Assembly (NCBI GenBank): GCA_963677595.1
Contig: OY782041.1
Coordinates: forward strand, 3,136,001-3,200,000
DNA: 64,000 nucleotides
Direction of reading: 5' to 3'
Source: Spirochaetia bacterium
GTDB lineage: Bacteria; Spirochaetota; Spirochaetia; CAKZLE01
The notes under the pieces are model-generated. The model did no database searches, was not told where the DNA came from, and saw only the letters and a list, made by a program, of their open reading frames with translations. Below are positions 38,133 to 48,683 of the stretch, piece by piece. The first letter of the stretch is position 1. Each line of letters starts with the position of its first letter. Position numbers and translations under genes: made by a program.

Positions 38133-39041
38133 ATGAATACCAGCGACCTGACGACCGAGCAGCGTAACCCCAACTCCTATATGATCGACACGAAGAGTAC
38201 GGAGGAGATCCTCACGATCATCAATTCCGAGGATCACCTGGTGCCGGAGGCGGTCGCTGCCGCCATACCGGAGATCACCAGGCTAGTCGATGATGTCGTA
38301 GATGCCTTCAGGAGGGGCGGACGCCTCTTCTACATCGGGGCCGGCACCTCGGGGCGTCTCGGGGTCCTCGATGCCTCGGAATGCCCTCCTACCTTCGGGG
38401 TCGCACCGTCCCTGGTGCAGGGGATCATCGCCGGGGGACAGAAAGCACTGACCACCTCGGTCGAGTGGGTTGAGGACAACGGACAGGCGGGGATCGATGC
38501 CCTGAAGGAGCGGGACTTCTCCTCCGACGATGTGCTTGTCGGTATCACCGCTTCCGGGCAGGCTCCCTTCGTGAAGGCGGCCATGGGCTTTGCCCAGTCC
38601 ATGGGTGCTGTCGTTGGTGCGATCGCCTGTAACGAGGAATCAGAGATCTACTCGGTCGCTGACCATAGGATCCACCTTCAGGTGGGGCCGGAGATCCTCA
38701 CGGGCTCGACCCGGATGAAATCGGGGACGGCACAGAAACTCGTGCTCAATATGATCACCACCGCCTCGATGATCAAGTGGGGCAGGGTATACAACAACTA
38801 CATGGTAGACCTCACACCGGTGAACTCCAAGCTGCAGAAGCGTGCGAAGCGGCTCGTGAGCGAGATCAGCGGCTGTCCTGAGGAACGGGCTGAGGCAATC
38901 CTCCTCGAGACCGGGTATGACGTGAAACCCTCCATCCTCATGGGGATGGAAGATATACCCTATGAGCTGGCAAAGAGACTGCTCGAAGAGGCTGATGGGA
39001 ACCTCCATCATGCGGCCACGCTGGCCGAGGCACGCTCATGA
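38133..39041 (+). CDS. murQ: N-acetylmuramic acid 6-phosphate etherase
   Basis: TTEQRNP, GAGTSGRLGVLDASECPPTFG, GPEILTGSTRMKSGTAQKLVLNMITT, N.MVD. Confidence 0.95.
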   Translation: MNTSDLTTEQRNPNSYMIDTKSTEEILTIINSEDHLVPEAVAAAIPEITRLVDDVVDAFRRGGRLFYIGAGTSGRLGVLDASECPPTFGVAPSLVQGIIAGGQKALTTSVEWVEDNGQAGIDALKERDFSSDDVLVGITASGQAPFVKAAMGFAQSMGAVVGAIACNEESEIYSVADHRIHLQVGPEILTGSTRMKSGTAQKLVLNMITTASMIKWGRVYNNYMVDLTPVNSKLQKRAKRLVSEISGCPEERAEAILLETGYDVKPSILMGMEDIPYELAKRLLEEADGNLHHAATLAEARS

Positions 39042-39952
39042 GCTGCTGGTTTGGTGTTGACGGCGGCGGTACGAAGTCCCGGATACGCCTCGTTGATGAG
39101 CAAGATACTGTCCTCTATGAGGCAGAGGGCGGTGCGACGAACATCTATGCTGGTGACCACGGGAAGGCATTGGAGAACCTGGCAGTCCTCATCGAGGATA
39201 TGGCTTCCGGGAGCGGCATCCCGGTCGGGGAGCTTACAGCCGGCTGCATCAGCAGTGCCGGCCTGGACCGAGCAGGAGAGAAGACTGCACTGACTGCATT
39301 CTTGCGGGAGAGACTCTCCCTTACCTGTCCGCTCTACCTCTGCAATGACGGGGAACCCCTGCTGGTAGGCGGGCTCGGCGGACTCGAGGGGATCTGCCTC
39401 ATAGCCGGGACCGGCTCTCTCGGGATCGGGCGGCTCGAGGATGGGACGATCGTCAGGTCCGGAGGCCTCGGGTACATGCTCGGGGATGAGGGATCCGCCT
39501 ACTGGATCGCCCACCAGGGGATCAAGCGTATCCTGCGCAGCCTCGAACTGCGGGATCTCTCCACTGACATGCTTTCAGCTTTCCTGGAGTTCTACCACCT
39601 CACATCTTCTGATGAGTTCGTGAAGCTCCTCCATCACGACCTGAAGAAGGGGGAGATTGCCTCCTCGGCGAAGATCGTCTCGACCTACGCCCTCAGGCAT
39701 GATCCGCTCGCTGAGGAAATCATCAGGCGATGTGTCGAGGAGCTCGCGAAGCTCCTCTCGAGCGTGATCAGGCGATTGCCGCAGCTGCAGGTGAAGCGGA
39801 TCATCTTCTCCGGGGGAGTGCTCGAACATGATGAGCTGATCAGGGGGAGACTCGTCTCCGCCCTCGCGGGAGCCTACCCTGAATTCACGGTAGTCCCCCG
39901 CCTCAACGATGCCGTGACCGGTGCCTGTATGCTTGCCCGACTCCTTTCCTGA
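39038..39952 (+). CDS. BadF/BcrA-family N-acetylglucosamine/MurNAc kinase (MurK-like)
   Basis: GVDGGGTK, ND, IAGTGS, GG.GY.LGDEGSAYWI, SGGV. Confidence 0.85.
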   Translation: MSCWFGVDGGGTKSRIRLVDEQDTVLYEAEGGATNIYAGDHGKALENLAVLIEDMASGSGIPVGELTAGCISSAGLDRAGEKTALTAFLRERLSLTCPLYLCNDGEPLLVGGLGGLEGICLIAGTGSLGIGRLEDGTIVRSGGLGYMLGDEGSAYWIAHQGIKRILRSLELRDLSTDMLSAFLEFYHLTSSDEFVKLLHHDLKKGEIASSAKIVSTYALRHDPLAEEIIRRCVEELAKLLSSVIRRLPQLQVKRIIFSGGVLEHDELIRGRLVSALAGAYPEFTVVPRLNDAVTGACMLARLLS

Positions 39953-39977
39953 TTATCTTTCTCATATATATTATAGT

Positions 39978-40053
39978 GTGAAAAAATTTTTAATAAATAT
40001 ATAAAAAATCGTGAAAAAGATTTCTTGACTGCTGAAATAAAGTGATTTATCAT
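39978..40053 (+). promoter_or_regulatory. ABC operon promoter TTGACT-N17-TATCAT with two GTGAAA boxes
   Basis: Boxes at 39978 and 40011; -35 at 40025, -10 at 40048. Confidence 0.6.
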
Positions 40054-40085
40054 GATGCTAGGAAAAAAATAAAAGGAGACCAACT

Positions 40086-41354
40086 ATGCGAAAAGTAATG
40101 CTTTACGTGATGATCCTGCTCATCTGCCTTCCGGCAGGCACACTGTTTGCCGGTGGAGCACAGGAGACAGGGAAGCAGGAAGTGACGGAGATTTCCATCA
40201 GTTCCTGGAGAACTGAGGATGTTCCCATCTACGATGAGCTCATCGCGATGTTCGAGGCTGAGAACCCCGATATCAAGGTGACCTACAAGTCCTACAAGAC
40301 AGAGGAGTACCAGACGGTCCTCGCTGCCAACTTCAAGGGCGGTATCGCTGCGGATGTCATCCATCTCAGGGCTTACGGCAACTTCGAGCAGTTCGCAAAG
40401 CCGGGCTATCTGCTGCCGCTCACCCCAGAGATCATTCCTGAACTCTCCAAGTACAGTGACCAGTCGCTGGCAGGTTCAACCAGCATCACTGACGGGAATG
40501 TTTACGGTGTTCCATATGCAAGCCAGTCGCTGGTGATCTTCTACAACAAGGACGTGTATGCGGAACTCGGTCTTACGCCCCCGACCACCTGGGCTGAATT
40601 CGAGAGCAACCTCAAAGCCTGTAAGGCAGCCGGGATCACACCGATCGCCAACGGGACCAAGACAGGCTGGATGGATGAGGTCCTCGCAGGGATCATCTCC
40701 CAGAACTACTACGGCGGGAACGACTTCTACTACGACCTGGTCGCAGGCAAGACCGATTTCACCGACCCGCGGTATGTGAAGTCTCTTGACAAACTCCTCG
40801 ACCTCGGCCCCTACATGCCTGACGGTTATGTCGGCCTCGAGTATGTCGAGTCGCAGATGCTCTTCATCAATGACATGGCAGCCCACTTCCTCGGCGGTAT
40901 CTGGGAAGATGCATACTTCAGCAGCCAGAACCCGGACCTCAACTACGATATCTTCCTCGGACCGGTAGAGAACAAGGGCGACACCCAGTACCTCTCAACC
41001 TTCATGGACGGTTCCTACGGGATCAACAAGGCTACCCCGAACAAGGATGAGGCCATCAGGTTCGTCAATTTCCTCGCTTCAGCCAAGGCTCAGCAGTTCC
41101 TCTGCGACCAGCTTGGTGTCAAGACTGAACATCCTGACGTAGTACCTACGAAGACTCTGCTGAAGAAGGTCATGGATCCCTCTCTCACGACGACCCCCTA
41201 TATGATGCTGGTAAGCTTCAGGTATGAGCAGCCGACCGGCTCTGCATTGATCCAGGCAGGCCTGCAGGCACTCTTCGCCGGCGACAAGGATGCTGAAGAG
41301 GTCTGTGCCGACATCCAGAAAGGTGTTGCAACATACTACAAGCCATTCCAGTAG
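40086..41354 (+). CDS. Carbohydrate ABC transporter solute-binding protein
   Basis: Signal peptide ending FAGGAQE, FEAENPDIKV, VYGVP, IFYNKD, PTTWAEF. Confidence 0.9.
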   Translation: MRKVMLYVMILLICLPAGTLFAGGAQETGKQEVTEISISSWRTEDVPIYDELIAMFEAENPDIKVTYKSYKTEEYQTVLAANFKGGIAADVIHLRAYGNFEQFAKPGYLLPLTPEIIPELSKYSDQSLAGSTSITDGNVYGVPYASQSLVIFYNKDVYAELGLTPPTTWAEFESNLKACKAAGITPIANGTKTGWMDEVLAGIISQNYYGGNDFYYDLVAGKTDFTDPRYVKSLDKLLDLGPYMPDGYVGLEYVESQMLFINDMAAHFLGGIWEDAYFSSQNPDLNYDIFLGPVENKGDTQYLSTFMDGSYGINKATPNKDEAIRFVNFLASAKAQQFLCDQLGVKTEHPDVVPTKTLLKKVMDPSLTTTPYMMLVSFRYEQPTGSALIQAGLQALFAGDKDAEEVCADIQKGVATYYKPFQ

Positions 41355-41391
41355 GGAAGGTATCATCTAAGAAACAGGTAATCTGACCAAT

Positions 41392-41419
41392 CGTTGAGGG
41401 CATTTCGATGCCCTCAACG
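41392..41419 (+). other. Intercistronic 12-bp stem with TTCG tetraloop after the solute-binding gene
   Basis: CGTTGAGGGCAT-TTCG-ATGCCCTCAACG, with no U-tract; probably stabilises the upstream mRNA segment. Confidence 0.6.
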
Positions 41420-41441
41420 TCTACTAAGGAGGCGCAGCACC

Positions 41442-42353
41442 ATGATAAAGAAGGATCAGACACTCTGGATACTCTTCTTCATCCTTCCCGGGCTCACGAT
41501 CGTATCACTCATCATCATCTACCCCCTGTTCGCCTCCCTGCTGAACAGTTTCTATTCCTGGGACGGCTTCATGCGGCAGGAATTCGTCGGGTTCTCCAAC
41601 TTCAAGGCCGTCTTCACCCAATACCCCTATAACGAGCTCTTCTTCAATGCGATCGGGAACAACCTGAAGTGGTTCCTCTCCTCTATGTTCATCCAGAACT
41701 CGTTCGGGCTGCTCTTCGGCTATCTCCTGAGTCGCAGGATCAGGGGCCACGAGATCTACAAACGAGTCTTCTTCATGCCGGTTCTGTTGCCCATCATAGC
41801 GGTGGGGTTCTTATGGAAACTCTACTACAACACCCAGTTCGGCCTCTTCATGAAGCTCTTCACAGCCCTCGGGCTGGAGTTCATGAACAGACCCTGGCTC
41901 GGTGACACCTCGACTGCTACCTATGCGATCATCGTCATGAACATCTGGCGCTGGATCGGGTTCCCGACCCTCGTCTTCCTCGCCGCCATGGATAATGTCC
42001 CCGGGGAGTGCCTCGAGTCCGCCCATATCGACGGGACACCCGAGTGGAAGATCTTCTGGAAGATCACCTTCCCGCTGATCATCCCCTCGATCATGGTCAT
42101 CACGGTCCTGACGCTCATCGGGAGCATCAACGTCTTCGGACAGGTCTATGCCATGGCGGGACTTGACGGCAGCCCGAACTTCTCGACCGATACCCTCGGT
42201 ACGCTCTTCTACCGTACCGCCTTCGGATCGCAGGCCTCTGCCCAGCCGGTCATCTCGATCGGGTCGGCCCTGTCGGTGATCATCTACCTGCTCAGCCTCA
42301 TCCTCTCGCTGGCCAACATCATCGGGTTCCAGCGCAAGGAGGTGGAACTATGA
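41442..42353 (+). CDS. Carbohydrate ABC transporter permease
   Basis: FVGFSNF, EAA-loop variant LESAHIDG, multiple TM segments; AAGGAGG RBS. Confidence 0.9.
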   Translation: MIKKDQTLWILFFILPGLTIVSLIIIYPLFASLLNSFYSWDGFMRQEFVGFSNFKAVFTQYPYNELFFNAIGNNLKWFLSSMFIQNSFGLLFGYLLSRRIRGHEIYKRVFFMPVLLPIIAVGFLWKLYYNTQFGLFMKLFTALGLEFMNRPWLGDTSTATYAIIVMNIWRWIGFPTLVFLAAMDNVPGECLESAHIDGTPEWKIFWKITFPLIIPSIMVITVLTLIGSINVFGQVYAMAGLDGSPNFSTDTLGTLFYRTAFGSQASAQPVISIGSALSVIIYLLSLILSLANIIGFQRKEVEL

Positions 42354-43207
42354 TCCTCGACCTGCGCTTCAGAAGAAGTACCCCGGGAAAGAAGATCATC
42401 TATATCATCTTCCAGGTGCTGCTCATCACCTACGGGATCACCGTGATCTACCCGATCATCAACCTCGTCCTCTCCTCGTTCAAGACGACCAGGGAGATCT
42501 TCACCAACCCCTTCTCCTTCCCGGTGGTCTGGCGATTCACCAACTACGTCAAGGTCTGGGAGAAGGGCGGCTTCGATATGTATTTCATCAACAGCATCAT
42601 CATCACGGCCGCCGCCATGGGGATCGTCGTCCTCTTCGGTTCGATGGCCGCGAACGGCATCGCACGCTACTCCTACAAGATGAAGAACGTCGTCTACCTC
42701 CTCTTCCTCTCCGGCATCGTCCTGCCGCTGAGGGCAGCCATCATCCCGCTCTTCCTTCTCATGAAGGGGTTGCACCTCACCGATACGCGATGGTCCCTGA
42801 TCCTGATCTTCGCGGCGATGGGCCTTCCCTCGACCGTATTCATCCTCTCAGGGTTCATGAAATCGATCCCGAAGGAGCTCGAGTATGCAGCCAGGATCGA
42901 CGGCTGCAACGATCTTGTCATCTTCAGGAGGATCATCATCCCGCTCTCGATGTCCTCGATCACGCTCGTGACCATCTATAACATCGTACCGATTTGGAAT
43001 GACTTCTTCTTCCCCATGATCTTCATCTCCTCCGACTCGAAGAAGACCCTCCCCCTGGGGGTGGCATCCTTCTTCGGCCAGTACCAGATCGCCTGGGATC
43101 AGATCTTCGCCGCCCTCTCGATCGCCATCATCCCGATGATCGTCGTCTACATCTTCATGTCGCGCTACTTTATCAAGGGCATGACGGCCGGTGCCGTGAA
43201 GGGGTAG
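42350..43207 (+). CDS. Carbohydrate ABC transporter permease
   Basis: IPKELEYAARIDG, WNDFF, TLPLG, GMTAGAVKG. Confidence 0.92.
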   Translation: MILDLRFRRSTPGKKIIYIIFQVLLITYGITVIYPIINLVLSSFKTTREIFTNPFSFPVVWRFTNYVKVWEKGGFDMYFINSIIITAAAMGIVVLFGSMAANGIARYSYKMKNVVYLLFLSGIVLPLRAAIIPLFLLMKGLHLTDTRWSLILIFAAMGLPSTVFILSGFMKSIPKELEYAARIDGCNDLVIFRRIIIPLSMSSITLVTIYNIVPIWNDFFFPMIFISSDSKKTLPLGVASFFGQYQIAWDQIFAALSIAIIPMIVVYIFMSRYFIKGMTAGAVKG

Positions 43208-43211
43208 GCTT

Positions 43212-44414
43212 ATGAAACTTCGGCCTGACGAGATACAGCGGCTCAGCAGTATCAGGGAAGCATACCGTGAGAACCTCTACACAAGTGTCATCCCATTCTG
43301 GGAAGAGCATTCCATAGACCGCGAACATGGTGGGTATCTCACCTGCTTGGACCGGGACGGGTCAGTCTACGACTACGATAAGTTCATGTGGCTGCAGGCG
43401 AGGGAAGCCTGGATGTTCTCCCACCTCTACAACCGGGTACGGCCCGAACCCCGTTGGCTTGAGTTCGCCACCCACGGCATCGACTTCCTCGAGCAGTATG
43501 GGACTGACAGGCATGGTAATTTCTACTTCGCCCTCCGCCGTGATGGCAAACCGCTGGTCGCCCCCTACAACATCTACTCTGACTGTTTCGCTGTCCTCGC
43601 CTATGCGGAGTACGGGAAGGCTTCCGGGAACTCCGAAATGATCAGGCGGGCGGAAGCCATCCTGTCGAACATCGAGGGGAGGAGGGCCCGCCCGAAGGGG
43701 ATCTACACCAAGCAGATAACGCAGTACAGGCCGATCCGGGCCTTCGGCTTCTCCATGATCGAGCTGAACATGGCTCAGGTCATGGCACAGGTGACGGGGG
43801 ATGAGCAGTACCACGCGAAGATCGACACCGTCATCGACGATATCCTCCGGTACCATATCAGCCGGGATGACGAGGTGGTCTATGAACGGGTGCTCCCCGA
43901 CGGTTCACACCCCTTCTGCATGGAAGGGCGTCTCCTCTGCCCGGGGCATACCTGCGAGGTCCTCTGGTTCCTTGCCAAGAGCGTCAGCGACAAGGCACTG
44001 CTGCGGACCCTTGGCGATGCCCTGCGCTGGACGCTGGAGCGGGGCTGGGACCCCGTCCATGGGGGGATCTTCTACTACCAGGATGTACGCAGCCTGCCGA
44101 CCGAGAAGCTCGAGTCGGAGATGAAGCTCTGGTGGGTCCATAATGAGGCAGCCTATGCCGCACTGCTGCTCGGGTACCTCAATGGGGACCATGAACTGCT
44201 CGACTGGTTCTTCACCATCCATGATTGGAGCTGGGAGAGGTTCGTCGACCATGAGCACGGCGAGTGGTACGGCTACCTCTACCATACAGGAGAGGTCGCC
44301 AAGAGCCTGAAGGGCGGAAAGTGGAAGGGGTTCTTCCACCTCCCGAGGTTCCTCCTCGAGAGCCTCGGGACTATTGATGAGATGCTAAGGACAGCAGGAG
44401 GATCAGGGGCATGA
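43212..44414 (+). CDS. AGE-family N-acylglucosamine 2-epimerase
   Basis: PFWEEHSIDREHGGY.TCLDRDG, WLQAREAW, PGH..E..WF, KLWWVHNE, KGFFHLPR. Confidence 0.9.
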   Translation: MKLRPDEIQRLSSIREAYRENLYTSVIPFWEEHSIDREHGGYLTCLDRDGSVYDYDKFMWLQAREAWMFSHLYNRVRPEPRWLEFATHGIDFLEQYGTDRHGNFYFALRRDGKPLVAPYNIYSDCFAVLAYAEYGKASGNSEMIRRAEAILSNIEGRRARPKGIYTKQITQYRPIRAFGFSMIELNMAQVMAQVTGDEQYHAKIDTVIDDILRYHISRDDEVVYERVLPDGSHPFCMEGRLLCPGHTCEVLWFLAKSVSDKALLRTLGDALRWTLERGWDPVHGGIFYYQDVRSLPTEKLESEMKLWWVHNEAAYAALLLGYLNGDHELLDWFFTIHDWSWERFVDHEHGEWYGYLYHTGEVAKSLKGGKWKGFFHLPRFLLESLGTIDEMLRTAGGSGA

Positions 44415-45853
44415 GTTCAGAATCAAAATTCAGGAGACCGAGAGCAGGTTTGCTGGCATTCAGTTCCAGGCGATTCCATGACCTTGGGAAGGGGACGGCA
44501 ACCGGGACCTATTTCGAGCGGATCAAGAAAGAGACTCTGCAAATCGCTTCCGCCCTGGAAGGGGAGCTGGAATTGGTGGAGACCGTGGAGGTCACCGACT
44601 ATGAGAGCCTGGATGAGGCTTGCAGGAGTATCGATGCGGCGGCTGTGGACTGCATCATCGCCTTCTTCCACTCATGGGCGGAAGACAACGTCTGGATACG
44701 CTTCCTACGTGACTATGCGAAGGAGACCCCGCTGCTCTACTATTACCCGTCGAAGACCGGGATCAGCTACGAGAACCTCGATGACGAGAATGACTTCGTC
44801 CAGTTCCTCGCTGACGGGGGACTCGTCGGCATGCTCGTAGGTTCCGGTTCCCTGAAGCGGCGGGGCCGGGAGGCCAAGGTCATCTCCGGTTCCATCGGGA
44901 AGGTGAAGGATAGGATCATCACCTATGTTGAGGCTTGCAGACTTCGGACCATCCTGCGGGAGTCGACCTTCGGGATCATGCCGAACCATAACGAGATCAT
45001 GTGGAGCACCTATGTCGATCCCTACCGCCTCTTTTCCTATGGGCCTGAACTGCGGTTCCTCGGCTACCAGGAGCTCTATGAGGCTGGGGAGCAGGTCAGT
45101 GATGGGGAGATACAGGGGTGGAAACGGATCCTGGATGCCAAGATCGAGCGGTATGATGCCATCGATGAGGAAAAGTACGATGCCTCCCTGCGGTACTCCA
45201 TCGCCCTGAATGAGATCATGAAATCGTACGGCCTCGATGCTATGACCCTCAACGATGTCAGCGTGAGGATCTTCGAGGAGATCGGGCTTCGGCCCGGCTT
45301 CTACCATGAGGGGATCAACGAGCGAAAGTCGATCCTCTGCCCCGAGGGGGACCTCGGGATCGCCATGGCGGAATTTCTGCTCAAGATGATCACCGGCAAG
45401 CAGGTGAATATCATAGAACCTTTCTACGTCGATGAGTCGAGGGGGATCTTCTGCGGGGGCCATGCGGGACCCAATGATTATACCGGGTCGATCGACGGGG
45501 AATATGTGAGGACGGCAGTCGATGCGCGGTTCGCAAAGACCTCCTACCGGTATGCCGGGGCTCCCTTCGCATGGCTGCGGATCCCGCCCGGGCAGATGAC
45601 CATGCTGCACGTCTCGGAGTGTGACGGGAAGCTGAAGATGGTCGTTTCCCTAGTCGAGGCGATTGAGGGAAAGCATAGAATCAACAGCTACTCCCACGGT
45701 GAGTTCAAACCCGTCGGGAGCGATGTGAACACCTTCTTCGAGCAGATCATGGGCATCGGCACTACCCAGCACTTCGCGGTAGCGCCTGGTGACGGCAGGG
45801 AGATCCTGATAGAGTTCGCCCAGCTGACCGGTATCGAGTGCAGCCTTGTCTAG
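44411..45853 (+). CDS. L-fucose/L-arabinose isomerase-family protein
   Basis: PEGDLG, EPF, GHAGP, GTTQHFA motifs. Confidence 0.75.
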   Translation: MSSESKFRRPRAGLLAFSSRRFHDLGKGTATGTYFERIKKETLQIASALEGELELVETVEVTDYESLDEACRSIDAAAVDCIIAFFHSWAEDNVWIRFLRDYAKETPLLYYYPSKTGISYENLDDENDFVQFLADGGLVGMLVGSGSLKRRGREAKVISGSIGKVKDRIITYVEACRLRTILRESTFGIMPNHNEIMWSTYVDPYRLFSYGPELRFLGYQELYEAGEQVSDGEIQGWKRILDAKIERYDAIDEEKYDASLRYSIALNEIMKSYGLDAMTLNDVSVRIFEEIGLRPGFYHEGINERKSILCPEGDLGIAMAEFLLKMITGKQVNIIEPFYVDESRGIFCGGHAGPNDYTGSIDGEYVRTAVDARFAKTSYRYAGAPFAWLRIPPGQMTMLHVSECDGKLKMVVSLVEAIEGKHRINSYSHGEFKPVGSDVNTFFEQIMGIGTTQHFAVAPGDGREILIEFAQLTGIECSLV

Positions 45854-45905
45854 AAGCATGGCTGCCGGAGAAGAAGAATAGAATAATGAGATTGGAGAAA
45901 GAATC

Positions 45906-47729
45906 ATGAGCTTTATGTTTAACCCGTTTCCTTATGATGACTACCGGGCAGTGAATCGACCCGGCTGCGACCCCGAAGGTGATGACCTCTTCATCGAGGG
46001 GACCTTGAAGGTGGCAGAGACGATGGCCGGGCAGCTCCGGCAGCAGGCGAATGCTGCCGGTGGTAGGACGGTCATCGGGATCGACGGCTATGCCTCTGCC
46101 GATTTTACCTCCCTGGTGCACCTGGTGGAGCGAAGGCTTCATACCATGGGATTAGCAAGCATATCCATCCCGATATCGGACTGCTTCAAGACTCCCGGTG
46201 AGCTTGACCGGCTGGTCTCTGAAAGCCTCCCGACAGATCAGGAGATCGACCCGATTCTCCTCTTCGGCAAGCTCTATGAGGGAGGGGCTGAAAGCTATTT
46301 CGACCCGGGGAAGACAGCCGCAGTGCGATCCCGGATCGAGGGAGCCGAAGGGTCTGTGGTGATCATCTTTGGGAACCTCAGCGGTATCTCCCTCCTGCGG
46401 GATCTCTACGACCTGGTCTACTATATCGATGTCATCCCCAAGGATGTGGTCCTCCGGTATAAGCAGGGTGAGGTGGAGAACATCGGGGATCGGAGCCCCA
46501 AGACCTACCGTGAACTGATGCGCCGCGCCTACTACTGCGACTTCGAGCTCTCCATGGAGCTCAGGACGGAACTCCTGCAGCAGGGGCTTATCGACTATTA
46601 TATCGCGGGAAGCAGGAAAGACAGCTTCCAGCTGCTCTCCTTCGGGCTCCTCAAGCGGCTCTGTGCTGCGCAGGTGAGAAAGCCGTTCCGGTGCAAGCCC
46701 GTATACAATGAGGGCGTCTGGGGAGGCTTCTATACCAAGACCTACCGCGACCTGCCGCAGGAGATGCGCAATTGCGCATGGGTCTTCGACCTGATCCCGG
46801 CCGAGGTGAGCCTCCTTATGGAGGTGGGAGGATCCCTTGTCGATATCCCGTTCTATACCTTCATCCGGCTTGACAGCCGGAGCCTGCTCGGGGATGAGAG
46901 TGTCGATACCTTCGGGGAGTACTTCCCGATCCGGTTCAACTACGATGACACCATGCACAGCAGCGGCAACATGTCCATCCAAGTCCACCCTGGCGAGGAG
47001 TACTGCAAGGAGCATTTCAACGAACTCGGGCGGCAGGATGAGAGCTACTACATCGTCGCTGCCGGGCTCGGGGCCAAGACCTACTGCGGCTTGACCGAGG
47101 AGGCAGATGCTGATGAGTTCTTCGAGCGTGTCCTCGACTCGGAACGGAACCACAGCGAGATCGACTACCCGAAGTATGTCAACGGGATCCCTACGAAGCC
47201 GGGCATGCAGTTTCTGCTCCCCGGCGGGACGATCCACTCCTCGGGGAGGAACCAGCTCGTCCTCGAGATCGGGTCGCTGACGATCGGGTCCTACACCTTC
47301 AAGCTCTATGACTACCTGCGCAAGGACCTCGACGGGACCCCGAGGCCGATCCACTCCATCCATGGGAAGAATGTGCTCAAGACCGAGCGACGGGCTTCAT
47401 GGGTAGAGGAGAACCTGATGCGGGAGCCGAAAGTCCTGAAGCGGGAAGGGGACGCCGTGGAACTCGAGCTCGGCAGGCATGAGATGTTCTACTTCACCCT
47501 GCGCCGGCTCGATTTCATGACCTCGGTATCACAGGACACGATGGGTACGTTCCATGTCCTCACCCTCGTCGACGGCGAGCGTGTGCGGGTCGTGAGTGAG
47601 GCTGATGATTCGCTCTCCTTTGAGATGCACTATCTCGACATCGTCGTGGTGCCGGCCTGCGTCGGGGCTTATCGGATAGAGAATCTCGGCAGCCACCCGG
47701 TCTCCGTACACAAGACCCTGCTGGTCTGA
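45906..47729 (+). CDS. Class I mannose-6-phosphate isomerase-like cupin with N-terminal kinase-like domain
   Basis: IGIDGY N-terminal domain; GVWGG, MSIQVHP, QDESYY, GTIHSSG, VLEI. Confidence 0.75.
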   Translation: MSFMFNPFPYDDYRAVNRPGCDPEGDDLFIEGTLKVAETMAGQLRQQANAAGGRTVIGIDGYASADFTSLVHLVERRLHTMGLASISIPISDCFKTPGELDRLVSESLPTDQEIDPILLFGKLYEGGAESYFDPGKTAAVRSRIEGAEGSVVIIFGNLSGISLLRDLYDLVYYIDVIPKDVVLRYKQGEVENIGDRSPKTYRELMRRAYYCDFELSMELRTELLQQGLIDYYIAGSRKDSFQLLSFGLLKRLCAAQVRKPFRCKPVYNEGVWGGFYTKTYRDLPQEMRNCAWVFDLIPAEVSLLMEVGGSLVDIPFYTFIRLDSRSLLGDESVDTFGEYFPIRFNYDDTMHSSGNMSIQVHPGEEYCKEHFNELGRQDESYYIVAAGLGAKTYCGLTEEADADEFFERVLDSERNHSEIDYPKYVNGIPTKPGMQFLLPGGTIHSSGRNQLVLEIGSLTIGSYTFKLYDYLRKDLDGTPRPIHSIHGKNVLKTERRASWVEENLMREPKVLKREGDAVELELGRHEMFYFTLRRLDFMTSVSQDTMGTFHVLTLVDGERVRVVSEADDSLSFEMHYLDIVVVPACVGAYRIENLGSHPVSVHKTLLV

Positions 47730-47744
47730 GCATAAGGGAGTCCT

Positions 47745-48683
47745 ATGGAACGGGAAGCAGTCCTGAGCATCGATGCGGGAGGCACCTACTACAAGGCAGC
47801 GCTCCTGGATGCTGTGACCTTCGAGGTGTTGCCAGGAACCCTCTTCGAGCATCCCTCTCGCTCCCACGGGAGTAGGGAGGAGATCCTTGATGCCTTGGTC
47901 ACCGTGGTGAACAGGGGATTCGGTGAACTGGGCAGTGCATACAGGATAGGGCACATCTCCTTCGATTTCCCGGGACCTTTCGACTACATCAGCGGATGTG
48001 CGAGAATGAGCCATAAGTTCCAGGAGATCTATGATCTGCCGCTTTCTCCCGTGATCAGGGAAGCCTGCAGGATACCTGAGACGATCCCCATCGTCTACCA
48101 TCACGACCTCCACGCCTTCACCTACGGAGCCTGCCGGTATGATGCAGGGCAGGGGTACGGGGCCGTATTCTGCATCACCATCGGCACCGGACTCGGAACC
48201 GGCTGTTTCCGAGGCGGGACACTCGATATGAAGCCTGACGGCCAGCCGAAGTACCCGCTCTTCCAGAAGCCAGTCGAAGGCGGAATCCTCGAGGACTTCG
48301 TCTCCAACCGGGGTCTCAGGGATGCCTATAACCAGCTGGTGCCGAACCATCCGGTCGCCGATGCGAAGGAGCTCGAGCTGCGTGCAGTCAGGGAGTCTGA
48401 CACGACGGCACGCATGGTCTATGAGCGTATGGGAACCATCCTCGGGACAGTACTGTCCCCGCTCCTGCAGGGATTGCAGATCGAGGCGCTGGTGATCGGC
48501 GGACAGATCTCGAAGGGGTTCGGACTCTTCGGTCCTGCGTTACGGCAGGGACTGTCCAGTTGTGGGCAGCTATCGTTCATCGGCCCGGTCAGGGACCTCT
48601 CACGCACCACGATACGCGGCTGCGGGTCGATACCCGTCTCATGGTATGAGTCCTATACCAGGCCGAGGGGAGGGAACACATGA
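47745..48683 (+). CDS. ROK-family sugar kinase
   Basis: SIDAGGT, FPGPFDYISG, ITIGTGLG, LEDFVSNRG, VIGGQIS. Confidence 0.85.
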   Translation: MEREAVLSIDAGGTYYKAALLDAVTFEVLPGTLFEHPSRSHGSREEILDALVTVVNRGFGELGSAYRIGHISFDFPGPFDYISGCARMSHKFQEIYDLPLSPVIREACRIPETIPIVYHHDLHAFTYGACRYDAGQGYGAVFCITIGTGLGTGCFRGGTLDMKPDGQPKYPLFQKPVEGGILEDFVSNRGLRDAYNQLVPNHPVADAKELELRAVRESDTTARMVYERMGTILGTVLSPLLQGLQIEALVIGGQISKGFGLFGPALRQGLSSCGQLSFIGPVRDLSRTTIRGCGSIPVSWYESYTRPRGGNT

